From NCBI GenBank assembly GCA_964016885.1, contig OZ024742.1:311488001-311552000 (forward strand): a stretch of DNA of 64,000 nucleotides, read 5' to 3'. Positions 51,907 through 64,000 of the stretch are shown here, piece by piece (within the stretch, counting starts at the first letter, position 1; each line of letters opens with the position of its first letter). The notes beneath the pieces were generated by a model, which did not search any database, was not told the origin of the DNA, and saw nothing but the letters and a program-made list of their open reading frames with translations. Position numbers and translations under genes: made by a program. Origin of the DNA: Eledone cirrhosa. Lineage: Eukaryota.

Positions 51907-52338
51907 GAAGGCACATGGCTTAGTGGTTAGACCTTGCAATCGAAAGGTTGTGAGTTCAATTCTCGGACCGGGTGATGTGTTGTTTCCTTGAGCAAGACAC
52001 TTTATATCACATTGCTCCAGTTTACTCAGCTGTAAAAATGAGATGATAGGACTGGAGTCCCTATCATTCCACTGCAAAGTGGTCATGGAGGTGCCATGGC
52101 ATAAAGGTACCCAGCCCACACTGTAAAGTGGACGTGTAGGCGCCATAGAAAAAAAGCACCCAGCACTCACTGTAAATGAGGTTGGTGTTAGGAAGGGCAT
52201 CCAGCTGTAGAAATCAAGCCATAATCAGTTCCTGTATGAGCAAGACAAGGTCAGCCGACCGGACACTGCCCTCAACAGGACAACCCGTCTAACCCATGCT
52301 AGCATGGAAGAACGGACGTAAAACGGTGATGATGATGA
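51907..52338 (+). mobile_element. tRNA-derived SINE with RTE tail (neighbouring copies or tails at 52545-52925, 52991-53312 and 55049-55345)
   Basis: Same head, core and tail as 6411-6745. Confidence 0.85.
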
Positions 52339-53464
52339 TTATATACATATTATATATATATATTATATACATATTATATATATTATATACATATGAAATA
52401 ATTGCCTTATGTTGTTTATTACATAACTATTAAGCTCTGTAACCTACATAGAGCACTCTTTTTTCCTGGACCTTTCCGACGGAATTACTTCATTCATACA
52501 TATATAAATATATACATATCTATAAATATCCAGTCCGAAACAAATGAGGTCGTGTAGGTGTCACGACAAAAAAACACAGTCCACGCTGTAATGTGGCCGT
52601 GTAAGTAACACGGTAAAAACCTCCCAGTACACACTGTAAACGTGGTTGGTGTTGGCAAGGGCACCCAGCCATAGAAAACCCGCCAGACGTGTAGGTGTCA
52701 CGACAATAAAACACACAGTCCACGCTGTAATGTGGCCGTGTAGGTAACACGGTAAAAACCTCCCCGTCCACACTGTAAACGTGGTTGGTGTTAGGAAGGG
52801 CATCCAGCCGTAGAAAACCCGCTAGACAGTCCTGAGCAAGACAACCAATCTTGCCTCAAGTGGGAAAATTTCCGTCCAGACCCATGCTAGCGTGGAAAAT
52901 GGACGTTAAACGATGATGATGATGATGATATCTATATATATATAATATCATCATCATCATCATTTTACGTCCGCTTTTCCCTGCTTGCTAGAGGCACATG
53001 GCTTAGTGGTTAGAGCATTAGCCTTGCAATCGAAAGGTTGTGAGTTCAATTCTCAGACTGGGTGATGTGTTGTTTCCTTGAGCAAGACACTTTATTTCAC
53101 ATTGCTCCAGTTTACTCAGCTATCGAAATGACTGAGGTCCCTATTATTCCACTGCAAAATGGTCGTGGAGGTGCCACGGCAAAAAAGCACCTAGCCCACA
53201 CTGTAAATGAGGTTGGTTTTAGGAAGGGCATCCAGCTGTAGAAATCGAGCCAGAATCAGTTCCCGTCCCACCCTTGCAAGCAGGGAAAAGCGAATGTAAA
53301 TTGATGATGATGATATATATATATATATATGATGATATCATCATCATCATCATCATCATCGTTTAACGTTCATCTTCCACGCTAGCATGGGTTAGACGGG
53401 AGTTGTCCCACTTGAGGCAAAGTTGGTCGGGTGACCGTGTCTCGCTCATATAGGACTATCTGCA

Positions 53465-54975
53465 GGTTTTCCACATGTAGATCACTGCATATCTCTGCCG
53501 TCTTCATTCCAAGGAGTAGAGGTTCAGTTCTTTTAGCCTCTCCCAGTAGCTTATCTCCTTCATCGTCGCAATCCTCTTGGTGTAGCTTCGCTGGATTGCC
53601 TAAAGCTCCGTGGTTAGTTTGACAACTGGGAGCAATAGACCAGGCGGCTTAGGACAAATGTCCTCCATAGTGTTAACATGGTGTCTCGGTCTCTTAGCTA
53701 GAAAATCCTCAAGATCCAGCCAGCGAGTCGTCTGCACATTTTCGCCACTTTCATGATGTGTGAGGAAAAAGATGCATCATTGCTCATGTCTATACCCAGG
53801 TCTCGTATCGATTTCGACACAGGGATATTGGTCCCTCCTGGTCTGGCGTAACTGTGTTGTACTGTATTTGTGTTTTCAGGTTTGTATTGTAGGGCTTGGA
53901 ATTTGCCAACATTAAACTGCATGTTGTTGTCTTCCACCAATTTGTATATGGCATCCAGATCTTGTAAAAGGGCAGCATCAGCTGGGTTTTTGATTGCCTG
54001 TGCTATCTTAGTATCATCAGCATAGCTAGTGAGGGATGTTGTTGTATGTACTACAGAGGGCATGTCTAAGAGAGCCACCAAAAACAGTAGTGGTCCCAGG
54101 ACTGTGCCTTGGGGCACCCCACTTGTTATTGATGTTTCCTTTGAGAGGGCCCCATTTGCTGCGACTGTCTGGCTTCTGTCCTTTAAGAAGTCATGCAGCC
54201 ACTCACCTACTTCTCCAGGTATGCCGAGTCCATGTAGTTTGTGACATATCATTCTGTGGTCGACCTTGTGAAAGGCCTTCGCAAAGTCAAGATATATCAC
54301 ATCCACATGTGAGCTGTCTAGCAGTTGTTTCAGTACCTAGTCGTAGTGATGTAGCCGCTGTGTAAAGCAGCTTCTTCCTGGGCGAAAGCCATGCTGCGTG
54401 CTAGTCAGGCAGTCATTTTCCTCGAGGAAAGTGATCAGTTTCTTTCTGATGATTCGCTCCATGACTTTACTGATATGTGACGTCAGGGAGACTGGCCTAT
54501 AGTTTTTGGCCTCTGCTCTGCTACCTCCTTTATGGATAGGGCATATTGTGCCTTCTTTCAGCTCCCTGGATAGTATACCGCTAGCCAAGGAGCTTCTGAA
54601 GAGCGTCTTCAGTGGAGTTGCTAAGGCCCGCTTACATGTTTTTAAGAGGACTGCTGGGAATCCATTAGGTCCAGCAGCTGAGTCAGTTCTGATTTCATCT
54701 ATGGCGTATACCACATCCTCCTCCATTATGTCTATGTGGTTGATGGTCGCCATTTCTTCATGGAGTGTTGTGGCATCAAATAACTCTTCTGGCTTTGTTA
54801 TTTGCATGTGCCTCAGTGGACATGTGAACACACTTTTGTACTGTTCCTTCAGTATTTCACATATCTCTGGAGGATTCTCAGTTAATGAACCGTCTGTGTG
54901 GAAGAGTGGCCCAATCTTGCAGTGTACCGAGGCAGTTTCTTTTGCAAATTTAAAGAAGGCCTTAGGGTTTGTTTT
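53465..54975 (-). mobile_element. CR1/L2-group LINE ORF2 (RT) fragment in NAGA intron
   Basis: SAAGPNGFP, NYRPVSLTSHISKVMER, QHGFRPGRSC, DVIYLDFAKAFHKVDH, SGVPQGTVLGPLLF, YADDTK, RDLGI. Confidence 0.92.
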
Positions 54976-55589
54976 AATATTTTTTTTTTTTTTTTTATTT
55001 TTTATTTTTTTTATTTTTTATTTTTATATAATATATATATAATATATATCATCATCATCATCATCATCACCGTTTTACGTCCGTTCTTCCACGCTAGCAT
55101 GGGTTAGACGGGTTGTCCTGTTGTGGGCAGTGTCTAGTCGGCTGACCATGCCTTGCTCATACAGGAACTGATTTGGCTTGATTTCTACAGCTGGATGCCC
55201 TTCCTAACACCAACCTCATTTACAGTGAGTGCTGGGTGCTTTTTCGTGGTGCCTACACGTCCACTTTACAGTGTGGGCTGGGTGCTTTTTTGCCGTGGCA
55301 CCTCCACGACCACCTTGCGGTGGGGGGTGTGGGGGCATATTGTCTATATATATATATATAATATATATATAATATGTATATAATATATATATATGTGTAT
55401 ATAATATATATATGTATGTATGTATTTATGTATGTATGTATGTGTGTGCGTATTCAGTTTAGAATATGTAGACCATATCTCTGTGTTTCATAAGATGCAA
55501 GTAAAAGAGTGAGTGTTCATGAAGCCTGAATCTTCTACATCTTCCTGTTTATTATCCTTCTCCTGGCCATATGAACTTTTGTCCTGTAG

Positions 55590-56400
55590 TAGAAATATCT
55601 TGGAATCTAAATGATTCAGAGTAAACTTAGCAGAGACCAAAGTTTTAGTAAGTAGGAAAGAGAACAGGACCCAAATTCCACCAGGGAAGTGTCCATGCTT
55701 GGTATGTAAAAAAGGAGAGTGTAGGAACTGTATATGATGTACACAATGTAAGGTATGTTTATTCAAGAGGTCTAGTGGAAGAAAAGACAGATTTTGAATA
55801 AGGCAGATGCACAAGAATAGTGGTTAGTAAGCACAGCAATGAAATATACCTTTTCCAATTTCTAGAATGTACCATAGATGTAGTTGATAGTTCCTGTTAC
55901 TAAGGTGACCCAATTAGCAATGGAGGTGATTGCTCTGAAAGCTTGAAACAATTTAGGTAGCTACTACCTCTTTTGACAACAAGGGTAGATTGCATGATGC
56001 CTGCACGAGAAGAACAATGTTGTATGGCACTGAGACACAGGTAGCTGGATAGAAATGAAGTGAGCTTGCTTAGATGGATGTGTAAGGTTAATATTCATGA
56101 ATGGTGAAGAATGGATGAACTGAGAGAGCAACTGCATATAAGAGGATCAGATGTACTATGAAAGAGAGAAGACTGCTGTTACGGATGATAAATGAAGGGT
56201 GAAGAAGTGGAAGGAGATACCAGTGGAATGAAGCTGCAATAGAGAAAGATGGAGAAAAGGCTGGGCAGAGCTGATCTCAAAACACTGAACCTCACAGAGG
56301 AGATGACGATGGAATGCTGCGAGTGGAAGGAGGGTGTGCTTGAAAGGACCTGTACAACCCCTGAATGCATAGAAAAATGTATTCAAAACGATGATGATTA
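55590..56400 (+). mobile_element. Decayed RTE 3' half
   Basis: RVNLAETKVLVSRKENRTQIPPGKCPCLVCKKG, VDSSCY, LLRWMCKV, (GAT)n tail. Confidence 0.7.
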
Positions 56401-57147
56401 TGTGTGTGTGTTTATATGTGTATATCACTGAAAAATGTAAACATCAGAGGAAAACAATAATCTGGTGCTTTTTATCCTAATCTCTTGTGATGTTTGTTTC
56501 ACTTGAGTTCTAATGACACTCCCTTGTCACTGGCCACCATTTGCCCATTTTGAAGCAGTATTTACCATAACCAGGCAGATGATACTATGTTGTAGGGTTA
56601 AAAATTGAACTCTGGATCATTTTATAAGTTATTCAGCATAATACTTTAACAGCTATTGTGTCTCATTAAGAACTAGATTAAATTAGTATTGATGCTATAA
56701 TAAAATATACCCTGTACACCCTGAAATGTGTCAGTGATAGTACCACAATAAAATGCACCCTGTGCACCCTGTTATGTGTTAGTGATAGTACCACAATGAA
56801 ATGCACCCTGTGAACTCTGTAATGTGTTAGTGATAGTACCACAGTCAAGTGCACTCGGTACACCCTGTGATGTATCAGTGATAGTGCCATGATAAAATGC
56901 ACCCAGTACAGTCTGTAGTGGGATGCTATGATGTGATGCACCCAATACACTCTGTAAGGCGGTTGGCTGTAGAAACGGTGTCCAGCAGAAGTAACCAGTA
57001 GAACATATGAGCAAGACAGGTTGCTCTGACCCATCTAGTCTTGGACTGTGACAACCCATTCAATCCATGCCAGTGTGGAAATTATATGTAAAACGAAGAC
57101 AATGATGATGATATTAAGATGATGTATTTGCTATATTTTTTTGTCAG

Positions 57148-57322
57148 TGAAAAATTGTTTATGGAAATGGCTGATAGCATGGTTGCTGGTGGCTTCAAAG
57201 ATGCTGGTTATGAATTTATAAATATTGACGACTGCTGGTTATCAAAGAAAAGAGATGAGAATGAACGTCTTCAGGCTGATCCAAAAAGATTCCCTAGTGG
57301 TATTAAAAAGTTGGCACAATAT
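57148..57322 (+). CDS. NAGA: NAGA coding exon 2
   Basis: CAG|[59 protein letters not shown]|GTAAG; GH27 IDDCW motif. Confidence 0.95.
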
Positions 57323-57409
57323 GTAAGTTTCTTCGAAAGTTGCAAAAGAAAAAAAGAAATATATATATATATGATGATGATATATAACAAATTAATCTAT
57401 CATAAAATA

Positions 57410-58000
57410 TCTGCTTCTTCTCACCCTAATCTCTCTTCTGTCATTACTCTCTTCTTCTCCCCCCGATCTCTTCTTCTGTCACTGATCTCCTCTTCTGTCA
57501 CTGATCTCTCTTCTGTCACTGCTCTCTCTTCTCACCCTGATCTCTCTTCTCACCCTGATCTCTCTTCTGTCACTGTTCTCTCTTCTCACCCTGATCTCTC
57601 TTCTGTCACTACTCTCTCTTCTCACCCTGATCTCTCTTCTGTCACCACTCTCTCTTCTTCTCACCCTGATCTCTCATCTGTCACTACTCTCTCTCTCTCT
57701 TCTCATCCTGATCTCTCTTCTGTTACTGATCTCTCTTCTGTTACTGATCTCTCTTCTGTCACTGCTCTCTCTTCTGTCACTGCTCTCTCTTTTCACCCTG
57801 ATCTCTCTTCTGTCACTACTCACGCTTCTCACCCTGATCTATCTTCTGTCACTGCTTTCTCTTCTTTTCACACCTGATCTCTCTTCTGTCATTGATCTCT
57901 CTTCTGTCACTACTCTCTCTTCTCACCCTGATCTCTCTTCTGTCACTGTTCTCTCTTCTTCTTATCCTGATCTCTCTTCTCATCCTGATCTCTCTTCTCA
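57410..58000. repeat. CT-rich minisatellite (CTGATCTCTCTTCTGTCACT / CTCTCTTCTCACC modules)
   Basis: Direct reading; makes the spurious [10 protein letters not shown] extension of ORF 57119-57877. Confidence 0.9.
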
Positions 58001-59226
58001 CAATAATTTGTTTTCTGTCATTGCTGTGTAGAATAAATAGCCAGCATTACTTGCTGCATCAGCTACTCTACCTCATGGGGTATCCTTCCTTAGGCAGGAT
58101 GCAATCCTACTGATTTTGTGGCGGAAAATAGCAGCTGAGGGGCCAAGGATACTTGAAGTCTCAAGGGAAACAAATGGGACAAAAATATTGGAGTGGGGCA
58201 CTTGTGAGTGCTTGAGGTAAGTAGGAGGCTAAGGGAGACAACTCTAACAAAAATATCAGTGTTGTCCTGTAAAAGGTTTCTTGTTAAACTCTTGTCAAGT
58301 TTTCTGCAATGCTCATCCAGTCACATTTCCAACCATCCTGACTGGATCTAAATGATATGGGACAAGAGAATGCAGCTGATGCAGAGCAAGTTTTCACTTA
58401 AAACTATGTCACATGTGTCACCAGCTTCTTGGAACCACAATCAAATAATAGTTTCTAGTTTAGGAACAAGGCTAGCAATTTTGGGGGGAAGAGAAAATCG
58501 ATTAAATCAACCCCAGTGCATAATTGCTGCTTTATTTTATCGACTCTGTAAGGATGAAAAGCAAAGCTAACTTTGGCGGGATTTGAACTCTGTAAAGGGT
58601 CGTAACTCTATGCTGCAAAGCATGTCTGACACTCTACCGACACTGCCAATCCACCACAATCAAATAATGGCCCTTTCATTGCAGCAGTCAAGCTATCATG
58701 CAAATCTACAACAGTGAATTATTGCCACTTCCAAAGTTTCCTTGCTTGTAGGAGCAGACGGAAGGTACAGTATAGGTGAGAACAACCCCAATTCTCCAGT
58801 ACTTCACACATAACTGTCCTATATTGAAGTGCCACATAATAATCAAGGTCATTGTGTTAATTGATCACTGGTGAATGAACATGAGACATCATCATCATCA
58901 TTTAATATCTGTTTTCCTTGTTAGTAAGGGTTAAATGGGCCATCACAGACCAAGTCAGTATTTAATCAGCCTTGAACCCCTTAGACCTGATCAGGGACCA
59001 CATCTCACTTACATATGTTTCCACCCACTACAGAGTGCATTGGGTGCATTTTATTGTGGCACATGTACTAGGGAATGCACTGGGTGCATTTTATTGTGGC
59101 ACAAGCACCAGGGAGGTTGTTATCTCTTTGACACAGAAAATATAAATATACCTTTTAATTAAGCATATTCAGAGGGTTTAGAAAGACAATTGAGTTAAAC
59201 AGAATTTTTCAAAAATTCTTTTACAG

Positions 59227-59401
59227 ATCCACAGTAAAGGGCTTAAATTAGGAATCTATGAAGATTTTGGTAAAAAGACTTGTGGTGGATATCCTGGTAG
59301 TGAGTTCCACTTGAGTATTGATGCTCAGACATTTGCTGACTGGGAAATTGATTTACTGAAACTAGATGGTTGTTATGCTGATACTGCAGATATGGAAGTT
59401 G
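59227..59401 (+). CDS. NAGA: NAGA coding exon 3 (contains the catalytic nucleophile motif)
   Basis: CAG|[59 protein letters not shown]|GTAAG; LKLDGC motif. Confidence 0.95.
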
Positions 59402-60169
59402 GTAAGTACCATTCCAATTCAATCATCATCACCATCACCATCATCATCATTACCACCACCACTTAACATCTATTTTCCAAGCTTGCATGGGTTAGACGGG
59501 CTGTCATGTTTTAAGGCTAGACAAATCAGGTGATCACATCTTACTCATATGTTCCATTTCTTTGGCTTGGATTTCTACAGTTGGATGCCCTTCCTAACAC
59601 CAACCACATTACACAGGGGACTGGGTGCTTTCTATTGTAGCACCAGCACTACCACTTCACAGAGGGGTCTGGGTGCTTTTGTATTGTGGTACCGGTACTA
59701 CCACCTAACAAAATGGACTGGGTGCTTTTTGTTGTGGCATCCGTATGACCACCTTACATGGTGGACTGGGTGATTTTGTATTGTGGCACCAGTACTACTA
59801 CCTAACATGGTGAGCTGGGTGCTTTTTGTCGTGGCACCAATACCACTGCTTTACATGGGGGATTGGCTGCTATTTGTCAGAACTTACCTTCAAGAACTGA
59901 AATGTGAGGATGAGTATAACAGATCAATTTTGTCACTCAATTGGAAGGCAAAGTTAATCTTGGGTAGATTTGATCTCAGCATTCAAGACCATGCTACTAA
60001 ATACTTGAAGGCATTTTGTCAGTCACTCTACCAATTCTTCTAGTGTGTCACTCTAGCTTTTAAAATGAATATCAATTTTAATATTAATATAAAACTATAT
60101 ATATAAAAATTAATACAAAAGAAGAGGCATACTTGGAAAGGTTGAAAGAAGAGTAAGGAGCAAGGAACA

Positions 60170-60870
60170 GTGTTTGAGATGTTGTGTTTGCTATGTTGCA
60201 GTTGTGAGATCACCAGACCAGTCTTTAACATTTTGAGGTTGTGAGGTTACCAGGCAGCTTTTTTATGTTGAAGTTGTGAAGTTACCAGACCAGTCTTTGC
60301 TATGTTGAAGCTGTGAGATCACCAAACCATTTTTTGCTATGTTGAAGTTGAGAGGTCACCAGGCCAACCTTTATGTTGTTGTGAGATCAGCAGACAATCT
60401 TCGATATGTTGAAGTTGTGAGGTCCCCAGAGAAGTCTTTGATATGTTGAAGTTGTAAGGTCATGAGACCAATCTTTGTTATGTTGTGAGATCACCTGACC
60501 AATCTTTGATATGTTGCAGTTGTGAGATCATCAGAAAATTCTTTCCAATGTTTAGGTTGTGAGGTCACCAGACCAACCTTTGTTATGTTGAAGATTGTGA
60601 GATTACTTGACCAATCTTTGTTATACAGTCTTTGATAAGTGAAAGATCTGACATTGTCAGGCTATTGTTTGCTTTGCTGAAGATGAAAGATCACAACTTC
60701 TATGTTTGTGATACAGTTTTAGATGTTGAGGTTGTGATGTCTCTTTGAGATGCAGTCTTAGTTGTTTATGCTGTGAGGTCACTGTGAATATCTTTGTCAT
60801 GCAGTGTTTAATGTGGAGGTTGTGGTCCCACTAGGATTGTCTTTGTTATGCAGTCTTTGATATTGGAGTT
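60170..60870. repeat. Degenerate ~36-bp tandem repeat
   Basis: TATGTTGAAGTTGTGAGRTCACCAGACCARTCTTTG-like units. Confidence 0.8.
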
Positions 60871-60925
60871 GTGGGGGAATAATTATTGATAAAACTAATG
60901 TCTTTAATTCTCTCATGTTAAACAG

Positions 60926-61008
60926 GTTATCCATTAATGGGAAAATTTCTCAACATGACTGGCAGACCAATTCTTTATTCTTGCAGTTGGCCAGCTTACA
61001 CGGTTAAG
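60926..61008 (+). CDS. NAGA: NAGA coding exon 4 (gene continues beyond the window)
   Basis: CAG|[29 protein letters not shown]|GTAAC; SCSWPAY is the NAGA-type pocket, versus SCEWPLY in GLA. Confidence 0.92.
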
Positions 61009-61309
61009 GTAACATACATTTTTGCATTAACTGTTGAGGGCTTGGCAACCACTTTAGTGTTGGTGCCATGATAAAATACACCCAGTATACACTGTAAAGT
61101 AGCTGAAGATCAAATGAAGACAAGATAGAGTAAAGATGACTTTTCAGTTGTGCTGAGTACATGATAACATTACTAATGTTAGTGTCACGATAAAATACTT
61201 CTAATACATTGTGTAAAGTGGTAGTGCTAGTGCTATGATAAAGTGCACCCAGTACACTCTTTAAACTATATATATATGCATGTGTGTGTGTGTGTGTACA
61301 TACATATAC

Positions 61310-61530
61310 TAGCACTTTAGTTTTGGCTAAGTTTACTCTCAAACATTTTGATTCCAAATTCTGTTTCCATTGTCGGAACTTATTCTCTAGTTCTTTTATG
61401 GATTCAGCTATAAGGACCAGGTCATCTGCATAGAGAAATTCATATGCACAACCAGTCTTAAACTCCTCTGTCAGGGTCTTGAAGAACTATGATGAATGGC
61501 AGTGAGCTGAGAACTGAATCCCGATGGAAC
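61310..61530 (-). mobile_element. RTE RT-core fragment
   Basis: HRDSVLSSLPFIIVLQ...EFLYADDLVLIAES...LESKCLRVNLAKTKV. Confidence 0.7.
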
Positions 61531-62664
61531 ATAAACACTTTTAAAACTCCTTATATTTGCTTGTGTTTGTGTAGTATGCATACATAGTGATTTCTGATTT
61601 AAGCACAAGGCCAGCAATTTTGGGGAGGGGGAAAGTCGATTAAATTGCCCCCAGTAAGTTATTGGTACTTATATTATCGACTCTGTAATGATGAAAGGCA
61701 AAGCTAACCTCGGTGGATTTGAACTTAGAACGTAAAGGGCCATAGCTAAATACTGCAAAGCATTTTGTCCGACGCTCTACCAATTCATAATATACACACT
61801 TTACCACATGTTACCCTCTCGTTATTCACTTAATTATCTATTTTTAAACCCTATAAATTTTACTTTATTTTATATTTTATCCTATTCACTGATGTACCTA
61901 CTAATTAACTTCCCTATTTACTAATGGCAGCACGTGGCCTAGTGGTAAGGGTGTTGGACTTACGACCATTTTGTTATGGGTTCAACCCCTGGACTGGGTT
62001 GTGTATTGTGTTCTTGAGCAAAACACTTCATTTCATGTTGCTCCAGTATACTCAATTGAAAATGAATACCAACAATAGTTAGGAGTTTAACCCTGGAATG
62101 GACTGGCGTTTTGTCCAGGGGAGAGTATTGTACTCTCAGTCGCTTATGGCCTCATAAGCCTCTGGGCTTTAGACTTTAGATTTATTCATTTACTTCTATA
62201 TAACCCATTTTATATTTTCTTAAAAATATTCCTTCAACTTCTATACATAGTTGTACCCCTCACCTCCTCCACCCTCTATTCCTATGACCATTATACCTCT
62301 TCTCCTTCTACTCCACCCTTACTTACCCCACCCACATATCCTTCTGTCGCCTAGGCTGTTTAGATACACTTACCATTATTGCCCCCCCCCCCCCCCTCTG
62401 CATTTTCCTCCTTCCTCCTCATCCTCTCTCAGCCCAGCTTACCACCATGCCGGATCTAACTACAGAGTTGCTATGCTAACTAGTGACCTATCTTTACACA
62501 TCCCACAAAAATTCCTGTACCCTTGAAAAGGGTTGCTGAACACACAAGCCAAAACTCACTAGACCCAAGGGTCAGGATCTCTTTCTCTCTCTCTATATAT
62601 ATATATAGATATATATATAGAAAGAGAGAGATCCGTATATATATAAATGAGTTAGACAAAACTG

Positions 62665-62890
62665 TTCATCTGATCCAATCCGATCCTGGATCCCTGACCC
62701 AATTCAATTCCTGATCCAATCCCGGATCACCCGATCTGATCTTGGATCATCCGATCCGATCCCTGATCTAATACATGATACCGGATCCTCATATCCGATA
62801 CTGGTCCCCAATCTGACACCGGATCCCTGATCCAATAACAGATCCCTAATATGATCCCAATTCCTGATACTGGATTTGAACCAATCCTCA
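62665..62890. repeat. GATCC-rich degenerate short-period repeat
   Basis: Dense GATC/GATCC motifs at roughly 5-10 bp spacing. Confidence 0.7.
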
Positions 62891-64000
62891 TAGTGGTGTC
62901 ATCCAGTGCTGAACTCCGAAATTGTGGTTCCACTGCGAGAAGGGTTTGGCATGGCCAACTGGCCTGTCCCTTGTCATAGTGGAGTCATGAGGCATCCAAT
63001 ACCTGAACTGAAAGTTCACTGTGTGAAGGGTTCAGCATAGTGATGTCTCCCAGCGTCTGGTTCCCAAACTGTGGTTCCACACATGTCCTTCCTCATAAGT
63101 GTCATACAGTACCAGGCCCCCAAAACTATGGTTACATTGTGAGACAGGTTTGGCACAGCCAACTGGCCTGTCCCGCCTCATCACGGTGCCATCCAGTACT
63201 GGGCCACAAAACTGTGGCTACGTTATGAGATGGATTAGGCTCCTTGTATTGGTGCCATCAAGTATTCAGCTCCGAAACTATGGTTCCAATGCAAGACGAG
63301 TCAGGCTCCAAAACTATGGTTCCGCTGTGAGATGGGTTAAGCACAGCCAACTGGCCTGTCCCTCCTCATAACAGAGCCATGCAATTCCACACTATAAATG
63401 TGGTTGGTATTAGGAAGAGCATCCAGCTGTAAAATACCCGGCCAAATTTACAGTCCTTGTCAGCACAAGGTGCAGCATGGCCAACGCAGGCCAGACTTGC
63501 GTCCTGGTGTGGACAACTCATCTAACCCATGCAAGCGTGGAAAAATGGACGCTAAACAGTGATAATTGTTTCTACTTTTGGCACAAGGCCAGCAATTATC
63601 CCAGTGTATTACTGGTACTTTATTTTATTGACCCCGTAAGGATGAAAGGCAAAGTTAACCTTGGCGGGATTTGAACTCAGTCCATAAAGGGACGTAACTG
63701 TGCTGCAAAGCATGGCGTCTGACCCTCTACCGATACTGCCAATCCACTGCCCTCAGTGATAATGATGATTCAAATTTTTTTTATCAATATAAATAATAAA
63801 TTGTACCCAGTACACTCTGCATGGTAAAATGCACCTAGTACATCCTGCAAATTGTTAGTATTGGTGGCATGAAAAAATACTGTGTACATTCTGCAAAGTG
63901 GTGTCACGAAAAAATGCATCCAGTACACCCTGAATGTGGTTGGCACTAGAAAGGACATCTAGGCATAGAAACCATACCAAATATGGAGTGTATCAGCAAG

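Noticed and set aside
57323-57877. Ser-rich C-terminal extension of the GH27 ORF
   Set aside because: Lies after a GTAAG donor and corresponds to a CT-rich minisatellite; the protein continues at 59227.

Overview
AT-rich, repeat-dense eukaryotic DNA. The SINE/LINE repertoire suggests an octopus or other coleoid cephalopod (inference). Two intron-containing host genes lie on the + strand: a complete four-coding-exon FAM32A (20611-26152) and the first four coding exons of an alpha-N-acetylgalactosaminidase (NAGA, GH27; 48311-61008, continuing past the window). Most of the rest is mobile DNA: tRNA-derived SINEs, RTE and CR1/L2-like LINE fragments, a decayed near-full-length CRE-clade retrotransposon with a PHD finger, mariner/pogo/hAT/piggyBac/Kolobok-like non-autonomous elements, and tandem arrays. 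The most striking unexplained structure is a 19.1-kb segment (1119-20217) bounded by perfect 28-bp inverted repeats (GGCAC...) and a perfect 8-bp target-site duplication (TTTCAACG). It looks like a giant Merlin-like or composite transposon ending just upstream of FAM32A. Other notable items are two independent 48-bp satellite expansions from the same RTE 3'-UTR motif, a degenerate minimal hammerhead ribozyme, a hexamer array grading into telomere-like repeats, and a locally templated insertion inside a SINE. Most ORFs in the supplied track are repeat artefacts. Repeat boundaries were read by eye and are approximate unless a TIR or TSD is quoted.
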